From Leucoraja ocellata (taxonomy: Eukaryota): a stretch of DNA of 64,000 nucleotides. Numbering within the stretch: the first letter of the stretch is position 1; every line of letters begins with the position of its first letter. The stretch is taken from contig JAWMAR010000028.1 in NCBI GenBank assembly GCA_036785375.1, positions 11,098,001 to 11,162,000 of the forward strand, read 5' to 3'. Positions 11,860 to 22,340 of the stretch are shown piece after piece. The notes beneath the pieces are model-generated. The model was not told where the DNA came from, ran no database searches, and saw only the letters and a program-made list of their open reading frames with translations. The translations under genes and the position numbers were made by a program.

Positions 11860-12859
11860 AAGATATCACAAACGTTTGGTCCATAAATATTTAAGGGGAC
11901 AACGCGCCTGTACAGTGTATTCATGTTAAAAACAAAGTAACATCAACAATCTCATCAAAACCACTTACTGTACTAATCATAAACACGAAAATCAACAGAA
12001 GGACCTCGAACGTACTTTGCAGTACTTAACATCGGGAATACCAACTATCCTAGTGAGACAGTGTTCATATTTGCCTTGAAGGACAAATGCAAATGCCGTT
12101 TCTTTTCTTTTCAAAAACAGTTCCCCCCCCCCCCAAAAAAAAAAGTTTTCAGAAAAAGAGGTAACAATACAAAACTTGTGAGGTGTCAGAAGGGATTTAT
12201 TTTCTCTCTCTCTCTCCAAACAAGGGAAACACGTCACAAATTTTCTTCAGTAATATCGTAAGGCACGTGATAAAGCTGCGATGGACCTCACTCGCTAAAA
12301 AAGATCCTGTATCATGTTCCGTTCTTCCAAAGAACGCGTGGTTTTGTTTGAATAATCTTGGCCAGATTTATTGTATTAATGTCGGTACCGAACACAGGAC
12401 AATAAACGCGGAATAGAGGCTGGATAGGCGGTAACTGGTGAGTGCGCATGAAATTGTCTCTGTTTAAAAAAACCCTCTCCCTAAAACACAAGCCTGCAAT
12501 GCAGAGGCCTCGTTAACAAAAGGTGGGCACTTTGAGCAGAGGTGAAGAAAACAGGAGTATGTTTGTATGACCAGTGTAGTGGAAAGTGAAAGTCTGAAGG
12601 AAGATATAGTTGGAAATGGGATTATATTATTCCAAGCGCAGTCACCACTGCACAATCCATTGACATTGATTTCTATTTGTGTAAACTGTTTTGTTCTCTA
12701 CTGTTGTAAACTAGAATTCGTCAATAAACAAAAAATATATATATTCATATCAGTTATTTAACAAAATCATCCTACACAACAAACAGGATTTGTTTTTTTT
12801 AACTTCCCAGGGATTTTTTTCTCTCTCTCTCTCTGTTGTAAAGGAATCTGCTAAAAATG

Positions 12860-13123
12860 TTAGAAAAGGTTCGTTAAGGTAGTTTGTGAAGGACTCCCGG
12901 ATTCGTGCGCGTCCAGGTTAGTGGTCACTGACGATACTACTGACAGAGTGGGATTGGTCAAGTCTGTTAAAGTGGTCGAGGTGCTGCCCGGACTGAGTGC
13001 GGCGCCGGACCTCTCTGCTGGGGGCGGGGCGGGCAGTGCTGTCCCGTCAGCTTTATCACCACCCCCATTCTCTTGTCGCAAAAGGTTCCTTCTGAATTTG
13101 GCTCTTGCGTTTTGAAACCAAAC
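12860..13123 (-). CDS. lhx9: lhx9 copy 1 coding exon 5 (recognition helix and C-terminus)
   Basis: Acceptor tttgcag|GTT; VWFQNARAKFRRNLLRQENGG...SPSQTTLTNLF, stop TAA. Confidence 0.97.
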   Translation of the reverse strand, partial: VWFQNARAKFRRNLLRQENGGGDKADGTALPAPPPAERSGAALSPGSTSTTLTDLTNPTLSVVSSVTTNLDAHESGSPSQTTLTNLF

Positions 13124-16100
13124 CTGCAAACCAATCCCATGTAATCTTTTTACCGATCTTTTGATGCTTTCATCTAATCACAAACCACAAATCATTGCTA
13201 TAGATAGATATAGATAGATATATAGATAGATAAATTATTTAAACAGCTAAAACTATTCATTAAATAGATCAGCATTAAATGGTCTGGGGATGCCATTGTG
13301 ATATTAAAAAAACACTTAATACCATTGACTGGCCTACACAATGCTAGTTCATAACAATGGCACACATATAAAACTATTTTACCTAACGAGTTAGGAACTA
13401 TAATTCTTAAAACTTAAAATGAGTTTATTCAAGCCCTATGTTGCATCCACCAGTATTCTAGCGTGGGAGGAAGTGGTGAAGGCTCTCGGGTGAGTTATTT
13501 ACCCCGATAACCCCCCCCCCCCCTCCCCCTCCCCCTCCCCTCCCTCCCTCCCCCCCCTCCCTACCGCCTCTCTCAACTCCATGGCCCAAGAAAGTACTCC
13601 ACGGCGCGGCTGTCACACGGGAGTTTATTTACCAACCATCCCAATCTCAACGACTACCCCCCGTTTAGCCAAATGCAGCAAGTTGTAGAGATCCTACCGA
13701 CTATCTACGATCAGTTAACTTTGAGAAATTAATTAAGAATGAGAGGCGTGAGCCGGTTGGAAATGCAATTTGTTCTAATGGTTAGCAAGATGGGCGAATT
13801 GTCATTTTGGGTAAGGTCTAAAATCCTTGGATTAACTCTCAGTTCTGGGTTGTGTATTCAGCGCCTAAGTCTGCAAGTGTTCATCCTATCTTGGTGTTTA
13901 AGAAGGAATTGCAGATGCTGGAAAATCGAAGGTACACAAAAATGCTGGAGAAACTCAGCGGGTGCAGCAGCATCTATGGAGTGATGTGCTGCTGCGCCCG
14001 CTGAGTTTCTCCAGCATTTTTGTGTACATCCTATCTTGGTGTTCAGTTCACCATCCCTCAGTGCAACAAGACCGATCAAACCGGGACTTACGCCACACTA
14101 ATGTTATTAATGGGACATATATTTGAGAGCGGATGAAACATAGATGCTCTCTATACCACCCCCCTCCTTAAGCATTTGGGTTCTTGTTTTAATGTATCTG
14201 GCACTCCCGGACGTAACTCTGTTAATGTGTCAGTACTTTGCAATTTAAAAAGTTCTCTTCTTGGTGATTACAGAACATTAAGGAAGGGAGCGGGGAAACT
14301 AGGGTTAAAATCTCCTTTGTAAATAGGAACGCGTCTTACCTGCAAAACTCTTTTGGTGAGCCCAGTTTTCTGAGCGAGTTGCTTTAAGTCTTTCGCGTCT
14401 GGGTTGTGGTTTATGGCGAAGTAGGACTTCATGGTGCGGAGCTGGTGGTGCTTGAAGGAGGTGCGCATTCGCTTGGTTTTCTGGGTCGGCGGGTAGGACT
14501 GTTGTTCCCTGTCCAAGTGGTCAGCGTCGTTCTCATTGCAGCCTAGGACGCAGAAACAGAAGCGCGCTGTGTGTTAATTGCCGCTCCCACTGAGCTCCCG
14601 CTCGCCGCTCTATCAGTTGCTGCCTGCACTAGGTGGCGCTAACTCCCCATCCTTCACCACTGGGTTCCATATCATGAGATAGTTGTAATCCATATAAATT
14701 ATGGTAGAGTTTGTGTTTGCCACATAATGCCTGGGATATTGGTTAAACCCCCCTTTCTACTCTTCCTAAGGCTCCCAGATCAACCAAGCTCTCAGGAATT
14801 TTGATATTTTGGCAATCTCTCCTCAAAATATTACATTACTAATAACATGCAAAGATGGCCTTGTGCTTTGTGCGGAGTGACATGTTTTCGTACTAAACCC
14901 ATGGGAGGAATCAATTTCGTTAAGTACGTTTGCTGCATTTCATTTAACTGTGTGCGATCACCGCCGGTTAAGGTTCTAATGGCGGAAACGCAATCTGATC
15001 ACTACATTAAATAATTGTTGATCGCTATTTGGTATTACGTGCAGCTACACTTTTTAATTCAGTGGCCTTGCTAGCAAATGCAAGATGATGCCATATTTGG
15101 AAAACTCGTTTGCTTCCCATAATGTTAATGAATTCAATGAAAGAACTTTCTTAAAATTACACATCAAACTACACATTATTTTTTTTTAAGTGGATACCAC
15201 ACTTCCAAAAAATAGCGTATCACGTTTTAATAAATGGTTTGAGTTATTGCAAGCTTAGTGAGATTTTATGACATTTGCGGTCACATATAATTTTACAGTG
15301 ACATTAACTGTTCGTCTCACTCTGCATCAGAGTAATTTCAAAAGCAAGCCTAATCTTCCGATTCTAGCTCGATCTCTTGTAAAAGGCACAGATAACTGGC
15401 GCAGCTAAGGGAGCTTTCTAGCTACAGAGGCACCGGGCGCAGTTTCATTAAAAAACTTAAGCAACCAACTTCCCCGTTTTGAGTTTTTAAAAAGTGTGGC
15501 CTTATATCTAAACCAAGTCAGATACTACGGGCAACGAGTGGACCGATTGCTCCCTGACTTCTACGATTAATTTATGTTTCATTAAACGGCTTTCCTGAGT
15601 TTCATTTTAGCCCATTTTAATTTTAATTGGACATGCATGGTAAATGGTTGGAATTTGCAATTACATACGCAAAGGTTAGCATTAACAATCTAATGCTATA
15701 TTTGCAAATCCATTGTGAAAGTATTAAGAATCTCCAACAAAGTCACTATTAAAAAAATACTGCCTATTTATAAAATGTCTAACTGCCCACAAAGAAATTG
15801 TGTTTTTACATTGTTTATTTGTCCATTCTGTGCAAAACCAACCGTCTATCTACACAAAGTACTGAAATACCAGATATGCAAAGTGGTTTTACACGGTATG
15901 AACAAAAACGCTTTTCTTGCTGTCAAATACACTCTAATACGAAATGAATGAACATTTAAAGACGTATTAATTGGCATTAGGCGAAAATGAATGATAACTC
16001 CAAAGAGGTAGACCAATGAGTATCTACAATTGTGGTCCTTTAAGTTACGGTACATTTTGAGCTGGCAGGGTGATTTATGCGTGACTGGGAAACCAGGGAT

Positions 16101-19100
16101 TCCGATGTCACGTCTAATTAACACGAAACAATTAACCTCCACATTACGTGATTCTCCTTCCATTCATTTGAACATCAAATTCTAGTGTGCGCGCCAAACG
16201 GCTTTGAAGAAGAATCGCAATTAAGAAATACCTAGAAAGGAACACAATGGGCGAGTGTATAATTGGGTCCAGTGTGTGGAAAGACTATAAAGCCCTTATT
16301 TCATTTTTTGGGCGGAATATATAAAATCATGTTCACTCGTGCTAACGAAAAATAGAATCGTGCAGAGAGTTTCCGAGACAACAGAGTGTAGAGAATTAAC
16401 GTGTAAGATTCTATCACATAAAGAAAGCAAATACCTTGGGAGGTTTGCCAACGAGAAACTGATACGGTTAACAAGGGCTCCACTTGTAGGAATATTTGTG
16501 TTTCACGAGGCATTTCTATGATGCCAGGTATTTTAAAAACAAAACAGGCGTTTCTAAATCTTTGCACTTTTTTCAGTAACACATTCGAACTTAGTATCTT
16601 TGAAATGTTATATGGTGATTTGCGAACTCATTTGGAAATAAGCACTAGTATTGTTATTTTTTTGTTTATTACATGTTATCTACGAGTACTGTGTTTACAA
16701 GCTGGTTAAGATGCTGCAAGTTTAAAAAAAAATCATTGTTCCGTTGTCAATACACACGACTTTCCCCCTCTCTCTTGACCTTGGTCGTTATAAACCAGGG
16801 CGATTTTAAAAGTCGAATGAAATGTTTGATTTGTAGATGTACTGTATTACCTGGCGCCCGGGATATCCTACCATCTTTAACACTTCCTTCGTTACTCTAA
16901 TATTTCTAACGCATGGTTTTCTTTAAGAACGTTGCCTTAGCCCACCTTGGTTGTAAGTTGGGATGTCAACTCCTAGGGCAGGGCTTTTTCTTTTCCGGGG
17001 CCGGCCTTTCTGCACGGTGCCTGTCCCGTTGAAATAAGGTAATCCGAGGCCCCCGCTCTTTGCAGCGAGCTCCGTGTAGTTCAGTTGCGTGTGATAATCA
17101 CTCTGCACCAGCGACTCGAAGTGAACTCTGCAGTAGACCAGGTTATCTTTCATGCCAAAGTGATCGCCCGTGGTTAATGTTTTGTTGCAAGTCATACACG
17201 TGAAACAACTCAAATGATAGACCGAGTCCCTGGCACGCATAACCATTTCAGAAGCAGAGATCCCGAGGTGGCAGCGGGAGCAGCGTTGCACAGAAAATCT
17301 CCTGTGAAAAAAAAACAAAAGGCACAAACTTTAGAAATAGGTGCATTGGATTAAAACGCATCACCAACCTCACAACTCAGAAGAACCACAATAAATTGTG
17401 TGCTGTTACATTTTTGATCTCACAATATTTTAACTACTGATTTCAACTATTCCTATTCATTTAAGGAACGTCACCACATGGTCTATAGACTCGAGCCGGT
17501 TTTATACACGCTGATAATTTTGTTCCATGTTATTTTCTGCATAAATAGTCCCTTGTTCGTGCGCGTGTTAGAGAACGGGTTGAATAGCGAATTAACCAGT
17601 TAGTGTGTAAGTTTAGCTATGGGGACAAGGTAGGATCTTTCCTCTCTCTAATCGTATTGCCCACATTTTTCACAGTCGCTCTTAAAAATCCGACAGGTCC
17701 AATCAGGAAAACCACGTCAGATTATGAGGCTAGATTCAGTTCAATCTTACTGACAATCATATCATATGAACTTTAGGCCAAAATGAGCCCAAATGCGTTC
17801 CCTTGTAAATGCGATGGTGTCTCAATCCCACAATTAAAGGAGTGTAGTAAACTCATTCGTGTTCCAAGATGCTCGATCGCACCCTGGAATTCCACTGAGT
17901 TCGTTTCATTACAGCAAAGGCCAACTCTGAACAGCACAACTGACGCACAATTTTGGTGTACAATTAGCAAACAAAGAGCAGGGTTGGGGGTTATACATAG
18001 CTGCCCCCTCCATCAGGGCCAATAAGAGGCCTACAACAAAGAGAGTGAAAAGCACAGCTCTCCCCGTCAAACGGCCCGCGAGCATTTCACCTCTGCTTTC
18101 AACGGCAAAGCCTCATTGACGCGGTTGTTCTGTCGGTGACCGCGCTAACTCGCCCAATCTGGTTAAATGTAAAGAAATAACAACCAGTTGGCGGGATGCA
18201 GATCTGAACTGATGGGCAATTGGCTGCAATGGAAAATGTAGAATGCAGCAGAGAAAGGCCGCACACTCCTGAGGCCGGGCTAAGCGGGGAGATGGTCATC
18301 TTGACGTGCAGGATAATTTCACCCCGTTTACTTTCAGCAGCCGTACCTGTAGTAATCTTCCTTGCAGTAAATGCTGCCGTCCTTGGCGAAGCAAGTGAGT
18401 TCGGACTCCAGGGCCAGCTTGCATTCGCAGCACTTGAGACATCTGAGGTGCCACTGTTTGTCCACTGCCAGTAAGTAATAGCGGTCGGCGATTTTACCGC
18501 CGCAGCCGGCGCACAGGGCGGGTTTATCAGAATTAATAGAAGGCATCGCCTGCAAGCAGAAATTTCAAAAGGCGGTTAATGTCAAGTCGAAACGTCACCC
18601 TGAACAAATGTGAACACAGGGCTAATAAACACGAAGCGAACAGAGCCAAAGTCCGGCCATTACAAGACTTTTGTATGCAGCGGCATTTATGCTTCATTCG
18701 CTGTAGCCGTTAGGTGTATTTTACATAATGCAACACAGGATTATACAAACTAAATATTATTCGCAATTATTCAAACAAATCTTACTGGCAGACATTTGAA
18801 TAAAGTGTCATTTCCTCTGGCGAATTGCAGTCCGATTGTAAATACAATTTCCCATTCGGGATTACTAAAAACGGTAAATTGGCAAATTTATTGATACTTA
18901 ATTCATTGGTTGCAAAGTACTTGTTATTGGATCTGTGCGGGGCAATTATCCCACAGGGTAATGGGCTGTGTAAATTCACAAGGCGCTCTGTGTATTTTTC
19001 CTACTATAATTTGAGTTTGTACTTATAACTTTATTCACCAAAGCCAACCGGCCAAAGGGACGCGCAGATTGGTTTTGTCGCTGCCATTTGTTACCATTTT

Positions 19101-19430
19101 TAAAAACTGTTACATTGAATGTCACAGATTTTTTTTAAGAGAAAAATTCCGCTTAGCGGGGTCCCTCACCAAGCCGCCGTTTGGAAAGGTAAAGGTAGTC
19201 AAGGAATTGTCCGCGTTTCAAAAATGAACATGTCTCTCCGTTGTTTTCGTTCTTACCGTTTCCCTTCCGTTCATCTGAACCCCTTTCGCGATGCGCCCAT
19301 CCGTCTTGGACCTCCGTTCCATCTCCTCCATAATCCCCTGGATCTCGCCCCCAGAGATGCCGTGGAAAAGCATTGCTGATTGACGGAAAGTGCACGTGTC
19401 TTCCGCGGACCTTGCTCTGAGTACTTCCAT
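12860..19430 (-). CDS. lhx9: LIM/homeobox protein Lhx9, copy 1; join(19430..19257,18549..18347,17301..16946,14542..14340,13123..12860), 399 aa
   Basis: All four introns are GT..AG with compatible phases (0,2,1,0) and the exons total 1200 nt. The translation gives MEVLRARSAED...AMLFHGISGG, two LIM domains, a homeodomain (KTKRMRTSFKHHQL...VWFQNARAKFRR) and the C-terminus SPSQTTLTNLF. The long N-terminal extension, the ELAAKSGGL linker and the alpha exon indicate Lhx9 rather than Lhx2. Confidence 0.97.
13511..13561 (-). repeat. C-rich (CCCCT)n tract, G-rich on the lhx9 sense strand (copy 2 at ~44075-44133)
   Basis: ccccccccccccctccccctccccctcccctccctccctcccccccctccc. Confidence 0.9.
13899..14026. 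mobile_element. Hairpin-forming Penelope-like insertion in lhx9 intron 4 with a 17-bp TSD (copy 2 at ~44471-44598)
   Basis: catcctatcttggtgtt occurs at 13882-13898 and 14027-14043. The 41-bp inverted arms are 13932-13972 and 13987-14027. Confidence 0.85.
14340..14542 (-). CDS. lhx9: lhx9 copy 1 coding exon 4 (homeodomain helices 1-2 and start of helix 3)
   Basis: Acceptor cgtcctag|GC; CNENDADHLDREQQSYPPTQKTKRMRTSFKHHQL...TKRVLQ; donor CAG|gtaaga; 203 nt. Confidence 0.97.
14623..14641 (+). promoter_or_regulatory. Candidate CTCF site in lhx9 intron 3 (copy 2 at 45196-45214)
   Basis: cctGCACTAGGTGGCGCTA is a close match to the CTCF core consensus CCAC(C/T)AG(G/A)(G/T)GGCGCTA. Motif match only. 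Confidence 0.65.
16946..17301 (-). CDS. lhx9: lhx9 copy 1 coding exon 3 (LIM2 and linker)
   Basis: Acceptor ttttcacag|G; RFSVQRCSRCHLGISASEMVMRARDSVYHLSCFTC...KGRPRKRKSP; donor CAAG|gtgggc; 356 nt. Confidence 0.97.
18347..18549 (-). CDS. lhx9: lhx9 copy 1 coding exon 2 (LIM1)
   Basis: Acceptor ttgcag|GCG; CAGCGGKIADRYYLLAVDKQWHLRCLKCCEC...YCKEDYY; donor AG|gtacgg; 203 nt. Confidence 0.97.
19257..19430 (-). CDS. lhx9: lhx9 copy 1 coding exon 1 (58 aa)
   Basis: ATG at 19430; MEVLRARSAEDTCTFRQSAMLFHGISGGEIQGIMEEMERRSKTDGRIAKGVQMNGRET; donor ACG|gtaaga. Confidence 0.93.
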
Positions 19431-19990
19431 ACAGACCCGGCTCAAACCATGGAGCAAGCTCGCCGCTAGACAATTAAAACAACAACAATAACGTCAGCCG
19501 CAGTTCTCGAACGCGAGTGGGGGGGGGGGGGGGAGAGGGAATTCAACAGGTCAAACTCCCGGGCGGACAGGCGGACAGGCGGGCGGGGGAAATGGTCATT
19601 ACTGGCTGGTGCGGAGCCAACGTTTCCGAGAGAGGCCGCTCTCTGCAGACCGGGTTGAAGCGACGGTTAAACAAGGAAGTTAGGGCGGTTTGAGCGGCAT
19701 CCCACTGACCCTGTTCAAGTCCTCGCTGATGCTGCCGCACCTCACTGGCTGCGATCCCCCAGTTTTGCCTATTTGTCGCTGCCTCTTGCCAGGGCACAGT
19801 TGGATAATTTGGTAGGAGGAGTTCTATAGACTGCTACCTAATCCGTTTCATTACAGAGCCCTGTCATAGTCTTTTCATTGGCTATTGACGGACGGTCCGT
19901 GACAACTCGGAGCGCGTTTGATTTTCCAATGTGATCACTTTTTTTTACCGCCACTTCCCGAATGGGTAACGCGAGTAATCGGAGGTCCCT
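19431..19990 (-). promoter_or_regulatory. lhx9: Putative lhx9 5' UTR and proximal promoter (copy 2 at ~50116-50675)
   Basis: CpG-rich, repeat-free segment directly upstream of the ATG. CCAAT lies on the minus strand at 19877-19881 and a weak TATA-like tctataga at ~19824-19831. The TSS cannot be determined from sequence. Confidence 0.55.
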
Positions 19991-20254
19991 TTTCCATTAT
20001 TAGTTTAAGAGCAACAGGTATTCTTTGAAAAAGGATTTATTTTACAATACATAGTTCCTTTGCTTTGTGTAAACAGCAACAAAAAAAGTCGGTCTAGTAG
20101 AATTGTCTTTTTTTTTCGACGAGAAACGAGAATGGTTCATTTTAAGAAGAATGTGACATCACTCAAGAGCCATGCAATGTCAGTGAAAACAAAGCATCAC
20201 CTTCAACAATAATTTAGTTGGGCCGAGCTGAGAGGAAGCCGAGAGGGGAGAGAT

Positions 20255-20615
20255 TTAATGAGGGGCAGCTTTTTTTTTCATTCAGAGGGTGGTGGGCATT
20301 TGGAACGAGCTGCCAGACGAGGTAGTTGAGGCAGGTATTATCACAACATTTTAACGACATTTGAACAGGTACATGGATAAGCAAGGTTTAGAGGGATATG
20401 GGGCAAACGCGGGTAATCGAGGGTAGTGTAGATGGGGCAAGATGTGTATGAAGGAACTGCAGATGCTGTGTTAAACCGAAGATAGACACAAGATGCTGGA
20501 GTAACTCGGGAGAGAAGCAATGTGTGACATTTCGGGTCGAAACCCTTCTTCAGTCTGATGGGGCATCTTGGCCGAGTTGGACCAAAGGCCTGTTTCCTTG
20601 CTGTATGAATCTGTG
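20255..20615 (+). mobile_element. CR1-type LINE 3' end containing a nested Penelope-like fragment (20440-20556, 9-bp TSD); copy 2 at ~50940-51300
   Basis: CR1 motifs ttcagagggtggtgggcatttggaacgagctgccag and aggcctgtttccttgctgtatga. gatggggca is duplicated at 20431-20439 and 20557-20565. Confidence 0.85.
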
Positions 20616-21617
20616 ACCCTAGTTAGATAACTTCATACACTTTCGACAAAGCTTGAGATATATTAACGTTGCTTGCTGATAGCATATGTTAAATATTCAA
20701 TTCAATTTTGATTGTGTGGCACAAACGAAACAGACCGCGGCAACTTGTCTCATCCCCCCTCCCCAAGTAAAGGACGGGAATTTGTGTCTGTAAAACAAGT
20801 GTGAACAACCGTGTGGCGCTTCTCCGGTCAGTGTGCCGAAGTTCAACGCAACTGCGAAAACCCGCGGCCGCTGCCTGCACCCGACTGGCAGAGCTTGCAA
20901 AATGTCCGGGTCCGGTCCGGGTTTAGCCCCTCTGCCTTTGGGCAGGAACATCCAATCTGGACCGGCCTCATATCGTAGCATCTCACACGAGGGAGTCGCT
21001 CGCTCGTTTAAAGCTGTCCTATCTGTTTAATGCTGGGCTGCGCGCTGCCGGTTGTGAATGTGTGACATTCAGATCCAGGCATTCAAAGCATTGGGACTTG
21101 TGATGGCACATGAAAAGTCTCTCTTCCACCACTATCACTGAAATGGCTGGAAATTTAAAACGAGTCAACGGTGCTCTCAAGTTCCCATCCAAGCTTGCTT
21201 GACATCCCATGCTGAAATCAAACTCTTCGCATGGTTGGGAAAGGATTAGGCTGCTATAGGCAAATAGGACTATCCCAATACGTCAATTTGGTTGGCATGG
21301 ACAAGGCGGACCTAGAGGCCCATAGCCCTGCTCTACAGCTCCGATTGTGAGAGGATGGGGTTTCTGTTACTAGGGATCTCCTGATAAAAGTATGTGTGTT
21401 GTTTGTTACAGATTACTCAGCTGAATTCTCGGGGACGTTGCGCGCCTGCGTGAGGTTACACGTGTGTTCAAAGTCGACATAAAGTTAGGGATTTCATACC
21501 CAGCGATGGTTTTAGTCACCTCAACATTAGTATGTTGGTAATTATCCAATCCGTTTAAATAATTACTCCCGCACGCTCTGATGGGTGGAGAGTGAAGGAC
21601 GTTTGTGGCTTAGAATC

Positions 21618-21765
21618 ATAGAAACATAGAAAAATGGGTACAGGAGTAGGCCATTCGACCCTTCAAGCCATTCCACCGCCATTCAATATGATCGTGGCTG
21701 ATCATCTAAAATCAGTACCCCGTTCCCGCTTTCCCCCCATATCCCTTGATTCCTTTAGCCCAAAG
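21618..21765 (-). mobile_element. CR1-type LINE 3' UTR fragment
   Basis: tagaaacatagaaaaatgggtacaggagtaggccattcg is the reverse complement of the tail seen at 1260-1325. Confidence 0.8.
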
Positions 21766-22079
21766 AGATTCTGCCCATGGCACGCCTATGTAGACTGGGA
21801 GACATTATTTTTGCACTAATACTGCATATTTATTAGTCTGTTTAATATATATATATATATATATAGTATATACTAAACGTGTTCGTTGTGTATTAAGGGT
21901 TTTACAGAGTACTGTGTTTACACATATGTTGTGCTGCTGCGAGTAAGAATGTCGTTGTTCTGTTTTGGGACACATGACAATAAAATACTCTTGACTCTTA
22001 ACTTGGTCGAGATGAATCCGACCATCACGCAACATTTCGAAGAGATAGGTTGAATTCACAAAATAATTTCTCCAGGGAA

Positions 22080-22340
22080 GGGGAATCAAGATGCAAGGAC
22101 ATAGATTTGAGGTGAGAAGAGAAAGATTTGGTGGGTGTACGGAACGAGCTGCCAGAGGAGGTAGTTGAGGCAGGTATTTTGACAGCTAATAAAATACACG
22201 TGGATAGATACATGGATGGGGAAGGTTTAGAGGAATATGGACCAAACACGGGCAATTGGGACAAGTGTAGATGGGGCATCTTGGTCGACATGGGGACCGG
22301 GCCGAAGGGCCTGTTTCCGTGCAGAATCTATGACTCTGTG
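22080..22340 (+). mobile_element. CR1-type LINE 3' end (copy 2 at ~52748-53008)
   Basis: The translation NELPEEVVEAG...DRYMDGEGLEEYG is followed by gggccgaagggcctgtttccgtgc. Confidence 0.82.

Noticed and set aside
14268-14339. Read-through of exon 4 (VRRVPIYKGDFNPSF...) as a third C-terminus
   Set aside because: It is the open frame running past a strong gtaaga donor; I see no homology or other support.
12860-19430. Calling the gene lhx2, or calling the two copies lhx2 and lhx9
   Set aside because: The N-terminal extension, linker, TNLF end and alpha exon fit Lhx9, and both copies encode the same protein.
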